Positions 36,481 through 46,685 of a stretch of 64,000 bases of DNA are shown in pieces. Within the stretch, counting starts at the first letter, position 1, and each line of letters opens with the position of its first letter. The DNA is from a virus (lineage: Duplodnaviria; Caudoviricetes). The DNA lies in the IMG/VR virus record IMGVR_UViG_3300028888_000004, positions 1 to 64,000 of that record; one strand, given 5' to 3'. The notes below the pieces were generated by a model, which saw only the letters and a list, made by a program, of their open reading frames with translations, did no database searches and had not been told where the DNA came from. The translations under genes and the position numbers were made by a program.

Positions 36481-37425
36481 ATGTTTACTAAAAAACAGAT
36501 AGAAGAAATAGCTGCTAAACTGGCTGATTTAGCTATTAAAGACAGCCAGTTTGGCAATATGACTATGCCTCTAAATGGCTCTGAGAATGTTCCTATTCTT
36601 CAAGACAATGAAAATAAGCTACTCTCATTTGCTGAATTAGTAAGTATAGTTAGAGAAAGTGATGAGTCACAATTAGTAAATCTCACTTTGAAAGTAAGCT
36701 GTTCTACTCCAGGAGCCACAATAAAAATTGATGGTGAAATAAAGTCATCCTGTACTGTCTCTTATGGTACAATGGTGGATGTAGAAGTGTCAGCAACTGA
36801 TTATGTGACTTGGTTTGGTACTATAACTGTAACTAGGTCACATTCTATTTCAATTACTCTGAGTAAAGCTGGCAGTGGTTCTGGAGGTGGAGGATCTGAT
36901 GGTCATTGTTGCTGTGGAGACCATTGTGTATGTTGGGATGATGCTGATGATGATCCTAGTACAACTACATATACAGTAACTGTTACTAATCCTAGTGGTG
37001 GTGCTACTCTTATGATTAATGACAGTGCTGCTGCCATGAATAAGGCACATGTATTTAATGCTGGAGACAGAGTAGTCATAGATATAACTAAAGAAGGATA
37101 TTATCCGTATAGCAAGACTATTGACCCTATAAACAGAAGTTATACAATCAATGCCGATGAAGTTCTTGAGCCTATTGACCAAGAAGAGGATAAGCACCTC
37201 AGCTTCACAATTCCTGAGATAAATATTCCAGCAGAAAGCGACTTGACAGCTTATTCAACTGTCGATGCAAGCTCATATATATCTTGGCAGATAAGGTCTA
37301 CATCCCTTCCTGATTATGAAGAAGATACTCCTGGGCAAGATACAGTGGAGCCTGCAATAAGTGTATCTCCTGAAACTATAAGTATGACTGTTGGTGAAAC
37401 AACTAATATTACTATAAAAGCATAA
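36481..37425 (+). CDS. head-fibre anchor-like protein with PEGA-like domains and C-terminal half BACON and half Big_2 domains
   Basis: KDSQF..LNGSENVPILQD N-terminus as in crAss head fibres; ends with incomplete Ig strands. Confidence 0.75.
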   Translation: MFTKKQIEEIAAKLADLAIKDSQFGNMTMPLNGSENVPILQDNENKLLSFAELVSIVRESDESQLVNLTLKVSCSTPGATIKIDGEIKSSCTVSYGTMVDVEVSATDYVTWFGTITVTRSHSISITLSKAGSGSGGGGSDGHCCCGDHCVCWDDADDDPSTTTYTVTVTNPSGGATLMINDSAAAMNKAHVFNAGDRVVIDITKEGYYPYSKTIDPINRSYTINADEVLEPIDQEEDKHLSFTIPEINIPAESDLTAYSTVDASSYISWQIRSTSLPDYEEDTPGQDTVEPAISVSPETISMTVGETTNITIKA

Positions 37426-37427
37426 TT

Positions 37428-38618
37428 ATGGCATATAAATTTAAATCAGAATCTCCTAGTGTAGCAACAGTAACATCCACAGGAAAAGTTACAGGTGTAG
37501 CTACAGGCTCTACTAATATAGTGGTAAGTAATGAAAATGATACTCCTATTGCCAGAATACCTGTAAGTATCTCTAGTCAAAGTAGCGATGTAAGGCCTAC
37601 TGGAATATCACTCAATAAAAGGTCTGTTACTGTGTACACATCTGGTGTTCTTGCCACATTGCAGGCTACAGTTACTCCATCCAATGCTGTAAATAAAACA
37701 GTTACTTGGGAGTCTTTGAATCCAGATATAGTCAGTGTGCATCCAAGATCAAATAACAAGTGTGAAATATGGCTTGAAGAAGGAGCACATTGGGGAGAGA
37801 CCACTGAAAGTAAGACTGCTACTGTAAGAGCTACAAATGCTGAAGGACACTTTGCAGATTGTACAGTAACTATTGGTGTGAAAGGTACAATTATAGATGA
37901 CATCACAGTACTGGATGCTTCAACAAATGCCAGTGGTGAAATTCTTGTTAGTGGAAGCGGATCTACATTTAGGCTTAAGTGTTCTTACCACAATGTAGGT
38001 GATTACTATGGTGGAATTTCTCTTGAGGGTCTTGGTGATAACTTGTCATCATATTATGGAGCCAGAGAGAATGCAGATGGATACACAATAATTCCTATAA
38101 CTGTAAAAGAAAGCTTCTACAAAGAAAGGACTATGACATTTAAGGTTAGAGGTTCTGGAGCAGGAGATTCTTTTACCACATTTACAGTAAGGCAATCTGG
38201 TGGAACAAGCATGTACAGAATCTCTCATCAGAATGCATACTTCGATGCTAATGGAGAACATCATTTTGAAGATGACAAGGGTAATAAATATGACTATGCA
38301 CAAACTCTTGAATATTGGTGCAATCCAGAAGTGAGTAAGTCTATTATAAATGACGCTGCAATTACTTACAGCAGTACTGATGAAGGTGGATGGGTAGGCT
38401 TTAATACAAGTAAGTGGTATTGCTATAAGAGGACTAATGGAAGTATATCCACAATGTCTAATTCAGAGTGGAATTCATTTATACTGAACCCTCCTGCAGA
38501 TACTATGGCAGATTGTTCAATTCCTGTTACAGTTTCAAAGAATACTACAGGCAAAACAAGAACTGCTACTATTGAATTTGATGGAGGAGTTAAGTTCTAT
38601 ATTACTCAAGGTGCATAA
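37428..38618 (+). CDS. Ig-like (Big_2/BACON) protein starting with a half Big_2 domain
   Basis: MAYKFKSESPSVATVTSTGKVTGV; full Big_2; C-terminal NTTGKTRTATI..ITQ. Confidence 0.85.
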   Translation: MAYKFKSESPSVATVTSTGKVTGVATGSTNIVVSNENDTPIARIPVSISSQSSDVRPTGISLNKRSVTVYTSGVLATLQATVTPSNAVNKTVTWESLNPDIVSVHPRSNNKCEIWLEEGAHWGETTESKTATVRATNAEGHFADCTVTIGVKGTIIDDITVLDASTNASGEILVSGSGSTFRLKCSYHNVGDYYGGISLEGLGDNLSSYYGARENADGYTIIPITVKESFYKERTMTFKVRGSGAGDSFTTFTVRQSGGTSMYRISHQNAYFDANGEHHFEDDKGNKYDYAQTLEYWCNPEVSKSIINDAAITYSSTDEGGWVGFNTSKWYCYKRTNGSISTMSNSEWNSFILNPPADTMADCSIPVTVSKNTTGKTRTATIEFDGGVKFYITQGA

Positions 38619-38635
38619 TAGTAAAATTAATTAAT

Positions 38636-40888
38636 ATGACTAATTTATCACCTAATGAAAGTCAATTAGTTGCTACAGGAACTGGAGAAGAGACATTGTC
38701 TCTTTCTGGTTGGGGCACTAATGAGTCTAGGCTCGCTAGGTCTTTTAAATACAGGCTTTACGATGCTGGTAACGTTCAGCAAGACACACTAATTGTTACT
38801 CAAGCAGGAGCAGAACTTGGTATAAGAGTCAATGGAAACGCTTCAAAGTCAGCAACATCAGGCTCTTCATCAGTTACTGTTACCTTTAATGGTTACAGCA
38901 ATGGAAGATATATGAGATTTCAGAATAATAACTCAAGCAGTCAACTTGTAGTTTCGTCTGCTAAAGAGTATTCTGCATCTCAAACTGGAGCTGACTTTTC
39001 AAGCAATTTTACAGAAGTATCGTCATTTGGAAGCTGGTATGAATTTTCTGTTACAGTAAGCATCCCTGCAAATGCAAGTGCTGGTACTTACAGTTTTTCT
39101 GTCTACACATCTGATGATACTTATACCACTCAGTCTGTGACTTACTCAGTAGTTGTCTCTGAATCTGGTGGAGGTGGTGGAGATGATTATGATCCTGTCA
39201 GCTCAATAAGAGTCACCCCTCAATCTGTTGTTCTATCTACAGATTCATCAGCCAGTAATCACACTCAACAACTGAGTGTAGTAATACTACCAGAGACTGC
39301 TGATCAAGGTGTTCAATATTTCAGTGATGATGCAAATGTAGCTACAGTATCTAGATATGGAGGTTTTGTTACAGGTGTGTCTGAGGGAACTTGCACAATA
39401 ACTGCAAGAGCTGATGGAGACTATAATAAATGGGACACATGCGAAGTATCAGTATTTACTCCTAGTTGGATTACTGTTGATGCAATTAATATTCCTGGAT
39501 CTGTAAGTGATCCTTCTGGATCTGGAGCTATTAGAGCGAATAATATTGATCCAGATACATTACAATATCATTACACAAGTGGTTCTGCTCCTGATTGGGT
39601 AAATAGTGTAACTATAGATACATCTAGTTATCCTTACTATCTTAATGTAAGTGTTGATGGAAATGGCACCATTGATAATCCAGGAAGTACAAGAAGCTTT
39701 AGCCTTTATGTTACTGCTGAAGATGAGTTTGGAGAAACTGTATCCAGTGGTTCTGTAGTAGTAACTCAGTCTGCTCCATCTACAGATGATAGGCCATGCA
39801 CAGGTATGAATATCAATTTGTATGATACTACTATAGAAACACCTAATAATTTAGGTGAGTACACATGTGAGTATGTGCCACCAGCAACTACTCAACATCG
39901 TCATACTTGGTATCTTACATACAGAGATGGAAGTGCAAATCCTAGCAGTGTAAGTGAACTTGGCTCTTCTGTACCTAGTAATATAGCAGAAATAGTTACG
40001 GATGACGGTGAACATTCAGAATATGGTCAAACATGTCTCATAAGAGTAAATACTGGTGCAACAACACGCCAGAATTTAAGAGTGTGGGTCATTAATTACT
40101 ATAACTTCAGTGCCAGAGACTACGTAGATGTTGATGCTATTTATGTAGAACCTAATGGAAACATCAGTGCAAATCCTAATCCAGTTACTGTAGGATGGAA
40201 TGATACCAGACAGGATAATACAAACGGTGCTCCTGTTATAACCCTTACAAATATGAGGGATACAGTAACAAATCTTACAGTAACACATACTGGAAGTATT
40301 ACAACTGCTAGTGTTGGAGGCTCAGGAAATACTGGATATGTCATTACTGAATTCCCTGTCAATCCTACTCCTTCAGTTCAGATTGAACTTGGTACAGTTA
40401 CCTTGTCTGGTTATGATGCTGGAGGCACAATGAGAAGTTACACTATATCATATAAACAAAGTGCTCAACCTACAGTACAAAAGAACGATATACAAGTATT
40501 AGCACTTAGTGCATCATTGAATAGTGGAGAATTTGATATAGTAGCAATAGGTAATTTGATAAATAATAAATTTGCTAGTACTACCTTTAACAACATAGTG
40601 TGTAGAGTTGTGGGGTACAACTCAGCAGACCCTACCACAATTATCTCTCAAACTTCAATGAATTTGGATTCAAGCTCTATCACTATGACTGCTTCTGAAA
40701 CAACTCATGAAATAACATTTACTGGAAGAATGTCAGCGACATCGCAGTCATCTTCAGATCACGTAGATGAATTCACAGTTGAAATGTCTGCTTATTCTGT
40801 AGCTGATGGAGAGACTGTTACCGACAGACGTGAGGGTCTTGATGGTACAGATGATCCAAATGATTACTATGATGACGGTACTAATTAA
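38636..40888 (+). CDS. multi-Ig (BACON/Big_2) fibre protein
   Basis: starts with a C-terminal BACON half; SDDANVATV Big_2; several VTQ-ending domains. Confidence 0.85.
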   Translation: MTNLSPNESQLVATGTGEETLSLSGWGTNESRLARSFKYRLYDAGNVQQDTLIVTQAGAELGIRVNGNASKSATSGSSSVTVTFNGYSNGRYMRFQNNNSSSQLVVSSAKEYSASQTGADFSSNFTEVSSFGSWYEFSVTVSIPANASAGTYSFSVYTSDDTYTTQSVTYSVVVSESGGGGGDDYDPVSSIRVTPQSVVLSTDSSASNHTQQLSVVILPETADQGVQYFSDDANVATVSRYGGFVTGVSEGTCTITARADGDYNKWDTCEVSVFTPSWITVDAINIPGSVSDPSGSGAIRANNIDPDTLQYHYTSGSAPDWVNSVTIDTSSYPYYLNVSVDGNGTIDNPGSTRSFSLYVTAEDEFGETVSSGSVVVTQSAPSTDDRPCTGMNINLYDTTIETPNNLGEYTCEYVPPATTQHRHTWYLTYRDGSANPSSVSELGSSVPSNIAEIVTDDGEHSEYGQTCLIRVNTGATTRQNLRVWVINYYNFSARDYVDVDAIYVEPNGNISANPNPVTVGWNDTRQDNTNGAPVITLTNMRDTVTNLTVTHTGSITTASVGGSGNTGYVITEFPVNPTPSVQIELGTVTLSGYDAGGTMRSYTISYKQSAQPTVQKNDIQVLALSASLNSGEFDIVAIGNLINNKFASTTFNNIVCRVVGYNSADPTTIISQTSMNLDSSSITMTASETTHEITFTGRMSATSQSSSDHVDEFTVEMSAYSVADGETVTDRREGLDGTDDPNDYYDDGTN

Positions 40889-40894
40889 TAATTA

Positions 40895-40932
40895 GACTCT
40901 TAGCCATAATTACTTATGGCTAAGAGTTTTAT
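40895..40932 (+). terminator. strong hairpin (terminator or mRNA stabiliser)
   Basis: GACTCTTAGCCATAA/TTATGGCTAAGAGTT, short T tail. Confidence 0.7.
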
Positions 40933-40954
40933 TGAATTTTAAATTACATTAAAT

Positions 40955-41680
40955 ATGCCTTCATATTTCACAATAAACCCTTCCTCTGAGACTGGCACTA
41001 AGAATATTACTATTACTGCTCAGCCTAATACAGGAAGAAACAGTAGGTCTGAGACTTTCAAGGCCTATAGCACAAATGTAGCTAATCTTGAATCCTCAAA
41101 TTATCTGATTGTTCATCAAGCAGAAAAGCCAGGATTTCTTGAAGAAGTTGTTCCCAAACCTTCTCCTACAGCTACCGATACTTCTGCAACTTATAATTTC
41201 AAGTCAAATCTTGCAAATATAAAGGTTGTAGCACCCTCTAATCCTACAGCTACTGTAACTGGTGCAACTATATGTGGTGTTCAACTTGATAGTACTAAGC
41301 TTGCTAATCTTATTAGCACATCTGGGTATAATGTTGAAGACTCAAATGGTTCCCTTGATCCCGGAAAATATGCAGAATATAATATAGCTATTACATTTGC
41401 ATTTGATCGGAATCAAGGTCAGACAGACAAAACCTACTCCTTCACAGTAAATGGTACAACATATCAATTTACACAAGGACACACAGAGGTAACAAGAACT
41501 CTTGCATTCTCAAGCTCTATAAGTTCTGATAGAACAGCAGAAGGAATTGAGGTTACACTCAATGCAAGTGGTGCCTATGCTGATGGTGCTGACAGGATTT
41601 TGCAAGTTACTACAACTCCTGCTACAGGTGTAAGCTGGACAATTGATGCAGTAAGCAATGATAATACTGCACTAAGATAG
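40955..41680 (+). CDS. circularly permuted BACON-domain protein
   Basis: starts SYFTINPSSETG..NTGRNSR..VHQ (C-half), ends IEVTLNASG..ILQVTT..SWTI (N-half). Confidence 0.8.
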   Translation: MPSYFTINPSSETGTKNITITAQPNTGRNSRSETFKAYSTNVANLESSNYLIVHQAEKPGFLEEVVPKPSPTATDTSATYNFKSNLANIKVVAPSNPTATVTGATICGVQLDSTKLANLISTSGYNVEDSNGSLDPGKYAEYNIAITFAFDRNQGQTDKTYSFTVNGTTYQFTQGHTEVTRTLAFSSSISSDRTAEGIEVTLNASGAYADGADRILQVTTTPATGVSWTIDAVSNDNTALR

Positions 41681-41687
41681 ATTAATC

Positions 41688-41728
41688 AAGTCAGGCATGG
41701 AGTTCTCTGTGCCTGACTTTATTTTATT
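41688..41728 (+). terminator. Rho-independent terminator
   Basis: AAGTCAGGCATGG/CTGTGCCTGACTT plus T-rich tail. Confidence 0.85.
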
Positions 41729-41731
41729 TAT

Positions 41732-42355
41732 ATGAGTAGTCTGTATAAATATATAATAGGTATACTTCTATGCCTATGTGGAATACTTGGAGTACTTGCA
41801 GTGGTTAAAGCAAGTTCTGCAAAAAGGTATAAAGCTGAGTATAAAAGAGAGTTATCTAATATAAAGGCAGCAGAGGCAGAAAATGATTTTCTGAATGAAA
41901 AGATTTACTTTTTCGAGAACACTGTTGATGAACTTATTGCAAGCAGAGATTCTATAACTCAGAAAATGAATGAAGCCAGAAAGGAACTTAAGATAAAAGA
42001 TAAGGCCCTGAAGCAGCTTCAATACTCTCTTACTTCAGCTACAAGGACTGATACCCTTATTCTAAGAGATACAATATTCAGGAATGTGGATTTTCAAATG
42101 GATACAACTATAGGAGACAGATGGTATAATGTAAAGCTTAGGATGCAGTATCCATCAACTATAGCTGTTTCTCCTGAACTCATTAGTGAAAGGTATGTAT
42201 TTGCAAGCAATGTTAAAAAGACCATAGACAAGCCTAAGAAATTCTTTATTTGTAGATGGTTTCAAAAGAAATATACTACAGTAGAAATAGGAGTACTGGA
42301 AAGAAATCCTTATATAAAAAGTGAGAAAAGCAGATATATTGAAATCGTTAGATAA
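41732..42355 (+). CDS. spanin-like (Rz-type) protein
   Basis: N-terminal TM, coiled coil, KKFFICRWFQKK...NPY. Confidence 0.6.
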   Translation: MSSLYKYIIGILLCLCGILGVLAVVKASSAKRYKAEYKRELSNIKAAEAENDFLNEKIYFFENTVDELIASRDSITQKMNEARKELKIKDKALKQLQYSLTSATRTDTLILRDTIFRNVDFQMDTTIGDRWYNVKLRMQYPSTIAVSPELISERYVFASNVKKTIDKPKKFFICRWFQKKYTTVEIGVLERNPYIKSEKSRYIEIVR

Positions 42356-42789
42356 TGAGAATACCACTTACACTAAAAAGAGAAATATATACAGACTACT
42401 ACACAGCTGGTACTATGTATATAGACAATAAAAAGTTTGGAAGAACTTTGGAAAGGAGAAACAGAGACCTTAATCATAAGAATGCTTTTGACAATGGTGA
42501 GAAAAAAGTATACGGAGATACATGTATTCCCTTTGGAACATACAAGCTTACTGTGACTTATTCTCCTAAATTCAAAAGAAAACTTATCCTCATTAATGAT
42601 GTTCCTGAATTTTCAGGAGTTAGAATCCATCGTGGAAACTATCCTAAAGATTCCAGTGGATGCATACTTATAGCTGAGAGATTTGCTGGTGGAAGACTCT
42701 ATAATTCAACACCTTATGAGACTTGGCTTACAAACTATGTTGAAAATGAAATCAAAAGAGGAAATGAACTTTGGCTGACTATTGTTTAA
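42355..42789 (+). CDS. DUF5675-like L,D-transpeptidase-fold protein, putative endolysin
   Basis: TLER, TCIPFGTY, VRIHRGN..DSSGCIL (HxG..S.GC). Confidence 0.75.
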   Translation: MRIPLTLKREIYTDYYTAGTMYIDNKKFGRTLERRNRDLNHKNAFDNGEKKVYGDTCIPFGTYKLTVTYSPKFKRKLILINDVPEFSGVRIHRGNYPKDSSGCILIAERFAGGRLYNSTPYETWLTNYVENEIKRGNELWLTIV

Positions 42790-42851
42790 TAATATATTTA
42801 TATTGAACTAAACAGCATCTTTATTCTGTATACCTTAATAAAAGTGTTAGC

Positions 42852-42859
42852 TACCTTTG
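42852..42859 (+). promoter_or_regulatory. -7 promoter element TACCTTTG
   Basis: upstream of the scaffold/MCP operon. Confidence 0.6.
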
Positions 42860-42874
42860 TCTAGAAGTTTAAAA

Positions 42875-44029
42875 ATGGAAAGTATGAGTAACATGAATTT
42901 AGACAGCATTCTTTCTGGAGAAGACATTGAGAGCTTGTTCACTAAGGCTGCTGAAGAAACACAGGAGACCTCGCCTGAGACTGAGGAAATTGACAATACT
43001 GAAACTGAAGAAACTACTGAGGTTAATCCAGAGGATTTATTTGGAGGACCAGAGAGCGTAGGTAGTGAAGAGGATACATCAGAGGAGGGGAAAGATGCTG
43101 GAACACAAGGTTCTGGTACTTCTCCAAATAACAACTTCTACTCTTCCATTGCCAAAGCCCTGAAAGAAGACGGCATCTTCCCTGACCTTGATGATGAATC
43201 TCTTAATGCAATCCAAAGCCCAGAGGACTTTGCAAAAGCTGTTGAAGACCAGTTGTCTGCAAAGTTTGATGAAAGGCAAAAAAGGATTGATGAAGCACTT
43301 AATGTTGGTGTTGAACCCTCAAAGATTCAACAGTATGAGAGAGCCATTGACTACTATAATAATATAGGTGACTCCGACATAGAAGATGAATCTGATAAGG
43401 GAGAAACTCTTAGAAAGCAGCTCATATATCAGGATTTCCTGAATAGAGGGTTTTCTAAAGAAAGAGCACTTAAGGAAGTTCAAAAGTCATTTGATGCTCA
43501 AACAGACATTGAAGATGCTAAAGAGGCATTCAAGGATGGAAAGAAGTTCTTTGAAAAAGGCTATAGTGACCTTGTAAAGGAAGCTAAAGAGGCAAAGAAT
43601 AAAGAAGAGAAAGAGGTAGAAGAGGAGAGTGAAAGTCTTAAGAAGACTATTCTTGAGGACAAAAAAGCCTTTGGGGTTATTGATGTTGACAAGAATACAA
43701 GGAAAAAGATATATGAAAATATATCAAAGCCAGTCTATAAAGACCCTGAAACAGGAGAGCTCCTCACTACTATTCAGAAGTATGAGAGAGATAATCACAA
43801 TGAATTCATGAAGAACATTGGATTGCTCTACACTCTCACTGATGGCTTCGAGAATATTGACAAACTTGTCAATAAAGAAGTTAGAAAGAAAGTTAGTAAA
43901 GGTATTAGAGATCTTGAACACACGCTGTCTGGTACACAAAGAAATTCTGGAGGAACATTGAAGTTTGTTACAGGAGTTGATGAAGATCCAGAATCTTATT
44001 CAGGCAAGGGCTGGGACCTTGATCTCTAA
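42875..44029 (+). CDS. acidic scaffold-like protein
   Basis: highly acidic N-terminus; directly upstream of MCP. Confidence 0.7.
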   Translation: MESMSNMNLDSILSGEDIESLFTKAAEETQETSPETEEIDNTETEETTEVNPEDLFGGPESVGSEEDTSEEGKDAGTQGSGTSPNNNFYSSIAKALKEDGIFPDLDDESLNAIQSPEDFAKAVEDQLSAKFDERQKRIDEALNVGVEPSKIQQYERAIDYYNNIGDSDIEDESDKGETLRKQLIYQDFLNRGFSKERALKEVQKSFDAQTDIEDAKEAFKDGKKFFEKGYSDLVKEAKEAKNKEEKEVEEESESLKKTILEDKKAFGVIDVDKNTRKKIYENISKPVYKDPETGELLTTIQKYERDNHNEFMKNIGLLYTLTDGFENIDKLVNKEVRKKVSKGIRDLEHTLSGTQRNSGGTLKFVTGVDEDPESYSGKGWDLDL

Positions 44030-44078
44030 CCTTGAAGAAATAGAAAACACTGGTTTTATTAATTAAAGTATTAATTTT

Positions 44079-45605
44079 ATGGCAAAACTTGCGAAATTCC
44101 AAATGGTAGGCCCTACCTACTGGATGGGAACTACTAAGGAAAATCACCTTGGTAGCATTTTCCAGCTTAAGCCGCAGAAGGCTTCTGAGCTTATGGTTCA
44201 GCTCCTTGCTTGGAATAGGGGAAAGACTCTTGATACATTCCTTTCTCAGTTCCCTGTGAAGGAGTTTGAAACTGACGATGAATTTACATGGGATGTGATT
44301 GGCTCTTCAAGGAGGAATATTCCTCTTATTGAGGCACGTACTATTGATGGTACTCCTGTTCAAAAGGAAGATCCCAATGTTGGTGTGGCTACCACTCCTT
44401 TCTATCTTGTGTTCCCTGAGGCTTGGTTTGCTGATGGTGAGTACATTGTTGGTAATCTTAATGAGATTTATCAGTTCCGTATTCTTGGTGATGCAAGATA
44501 TGAGGGCACCAATGCTGTTTATAAGGTAGAGCTCGCTGGTGGAAATACTGATGGTGTTCCTGCTTCAAGACTTCAGGCTGGTGAGAAGTTCTCTGTTGAT
44601 GCAGCATATGTTGAGCACTCTTTCTCTCGTAAGGTTGGTGACATCAGATTTGCTTCTCCTGTTGCTATGAGAAATGAGTGGTCTACAGTTCGTATCCAGC
44701 ATAAGGTTGGTGGCTCCATGCTTAATAAGAAGGTTGCCTTTGGTATTCCTATGGTTAAGAAGGATGCTTCTGGTAGGATGGTCAAGTCCACAGATCCTAT
44801 GTGGATGCACTATGTTGATTGGGAGCTTGAGTGCCAATTCAATGACTACAAGAACAATGCTCTTGCCTATGGTAGAAGTAACCGTAACTCCAATGGCGAG
44901 TACATGAACTTTGGTAAATCTGGTGAGGCTATCAGAACTGGTGCTGGTCTATTTGAGCAGATGGAAGTTGCAAACACAAGGTATTACAACTCTACTCAGG
45001 GTGTTATGAAGCTTATCCTTGATGCACTCTATGAGCTTTCTGCTTCCAAGCTTGAGTATGGTGACAGGAATTTCATCATTAAGACTGGTGAAAGAGGTGC
45101 TCTCATCTTCAACAGAGAGGCTAAGGATATCACAAGTGGTTGGACTCCTATTTGGACAGGTGCTGATAAGAATCCTGCAGCTATTGAGAAGGTTCAGGCT
45201 TCCTTTGCTCCTGGAAACGCTGTGAGAGTTACTGACTATCAGGTTACTGAGTGGGTTGCTCCTAATGGTGTCAAGGTCAAGATTGATGTTGACCCTTACT
45301 ATGATGACCCTGTTCGTAATAAGATTATGCACCCAGAAGGTGGAGTTGCCTACTCTTACAGGTTTGATATATTCTACATTGGTACACAAGACCAGCCTAA
45401 TATTCAGAAGTGCCAGATAAAGGGACAGCCTGAGTATCGTGGTTATGAGTGGGGATTCCGTAATCCTTTCACTGGACAAATGGGCAATCCTTATATGTCT
45501 CATGACGAGGATTCTGCAACATTCCACAGAATGGCTACCCTTGGTATTGTTCTTCTTGATCCTACCAGAACAATGAGCATTATCCCTGCAATTCTGCAAG
45601 GTTAA
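44079..45605 (+). CDS. major capsid protein
   Basis: crAss MCP motifs ENHLG, RNIPL, GAGLFEQ, TGERG, DPYYDDP; strong codon bias; terminator after. Confidence 0.93.
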   Translation: MAKLAKFQMVGPTYWMGTTKENHLGSIFQLKPQKASELMVQLLAWNRGKTLDTFLSQFPVKEFETDDEFTWDVIGSSRRNIPLIEARTIDGTPVQKEDPNVGVATTPFYLVFPEAWFADGEYIVGNLNEIYQFRILGDARYEGTNAVYKVELAGGNTDGVPASRLQAGEKFSVDAAYVEHSFSRKVGDIRFASPVAMRNEWSTVRIQHKVGGSMLNKKVAFGIPMVKKDASGRMVKSTDPMWMHYVDWELECQFNDYKNNALAYGRSNRNSNGEYMNFGKSGEAIRTGAGLFEQMEVANTRYYNSTQGVMKLILDALYELSASKLEYGDRNFIIKTGERGALIFNREAKDITSGWTPIWTGADKNPAAIEKVQASFAPGNAVRVTDYQVTEWVAPNGVKVKIDVDPYYDDPVRNKIMHPEGGVAYSYRFDIFYIGTQDQPNIQKCQIKGQPEYRGYEWGFRNPFTGQMGNPYMSHDEDSATFHRMATLGIVLLDPTRTMSIIPAILQG

Positions 45606-45620
45606 CCAATAGATACATCT

Positions 45621-45654
45621 TGGGGGACAGTGTCCTCATTGTCCCCATTTTATT
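45621..45654 (+). terminator. Rho-independent terminator
   Basis: GGGGACAGTG/CATTGTCCCC plus ATTTTATT. Confidence 0.85.
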
Positions 45655-45678
45655 AAAAGTTAATGGAGAAGAACTTTT

Positions 45679-46680
45679 ATGAGAACTAAAAAAATGGAAG
45701 AGAGTAGTTTTGATTTGGATATGGAAGCCATCAATGCTACGGAAGAAGTAAAGGTCATTGACAAGGCTGAAAAGAAAACTGAAATTCCTGAGCAAAAGCA
45801 TGAAGTGAGGAACACCAGTATATCAGATGTTCCTAGCTGTCTGAGAAAGGAAACAGTTATAGTAAGACATGTTAATAAACAGACTGGTATGATTACCAAC
45901 CCCAGACATGTTCTTTATGGAGGTATGGCAGATACAGCTGTAAGATATTTCACAGTTCCTGTTCTTGAAAGAAGCGGGGTGCTTAAGAATGTTCTTACAG
46001 ACGATGAGAAGTCATATCTTGAAGAAGTAATGGGACTTGAGTATAATGCTCTGTCTATTTATAACAAGACAAATAACTTTTGGGAGAATTATCAGGTCAG
46101 ACTTACAAAAGCTGATAACTATCTTGATTTGTCTATTCCTGATGACTATATCAAGTATAAGGTACTGCTTGCAAATTCTGATTATATAGCACCTAACATT
46201 GAAACACTTCAGGATAGACCTAAGGCAACTTATCAATTTGTATTGATTGAAGAAGGAGCTGAAGACAAGGTTGCAAACGACAGTATTTCTACTGTTCAGA
46301 AGTGCTGGAAGGAATTTGGTAAGGTTGAGGATGATGCTGATATTCTCAGAATGGTTATTGAAACTGTAACTTCAAGACCTTTGAGTCCAAATACCAAACT
46401 TGAGACTCTCAGGGTTAAGGCTGGAGAATTGATTACCTCTGACAGTAAGATGTTCCTTAAAACTATCACAGACCCTCTGCTTAAGTTGAAGATAGTCATT
46501 AAGAAAGCTGTTGAAGCTGGCATCATTTCAAAAAGAGGTGATTACTATTATCTTGCAGAGAGTAATACTCCACTGTGTAACAACAATGAAGACCCTACTC
46601 TCACAATGGCAGCTAAGTACCTCAATGCTCCAAGAAATCAGGAAATGAGGTTTTCTATTGAAGCTAAGTTAAAAGGATAA
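45679..46680 (+). CDS. conserved crAss protein downstream of MCP
   Basis: LDLSIPDDYIKYKVL motif; synteny. Confidence 0.75.
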   Translation: MRTKKMEESSFDLDMEAINATEEVKVIDKAEKKTEIPEQKHEVRNTSISDVPSCLRKETVIVRHVNKQTGMITNPRHVLYGGMADTAVRYFTVPVLERSGVLKNVLTDDEKSYLEEVMGLEYNALSIYNKTNNFWENYQVRLTKADNYLDLSIPDDYIKYKVLLANSDYIAPNIETLQDRPKATYQFVLIEEGAEDKVANDSISTVQKCWKEFGKVEDDADILRMVIETVTSRPLSPNTKLETLRVKAGELITSDSKMFLKTITDPLLKLKIVIKKAVEAGIISKRGDYYYLAESNTPLCNNNEDPTLTMAAKYLNAPRNQEMRFSIEAKLKG

Positions 46681-46685
46681 ATGGC

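Noticed and set aside
24831-41680. Diversity-generating retroelement or invertible fibre cassette
   Set aside because: No reverse transcriptase, recombinase or TR/VR pair seen in the window
15640-45605. Introns/inteins in TerL, portal or MCP
   Set aside because: All are uninterrupted, of normal length, with no splicing motifs or homing endonucleases seen
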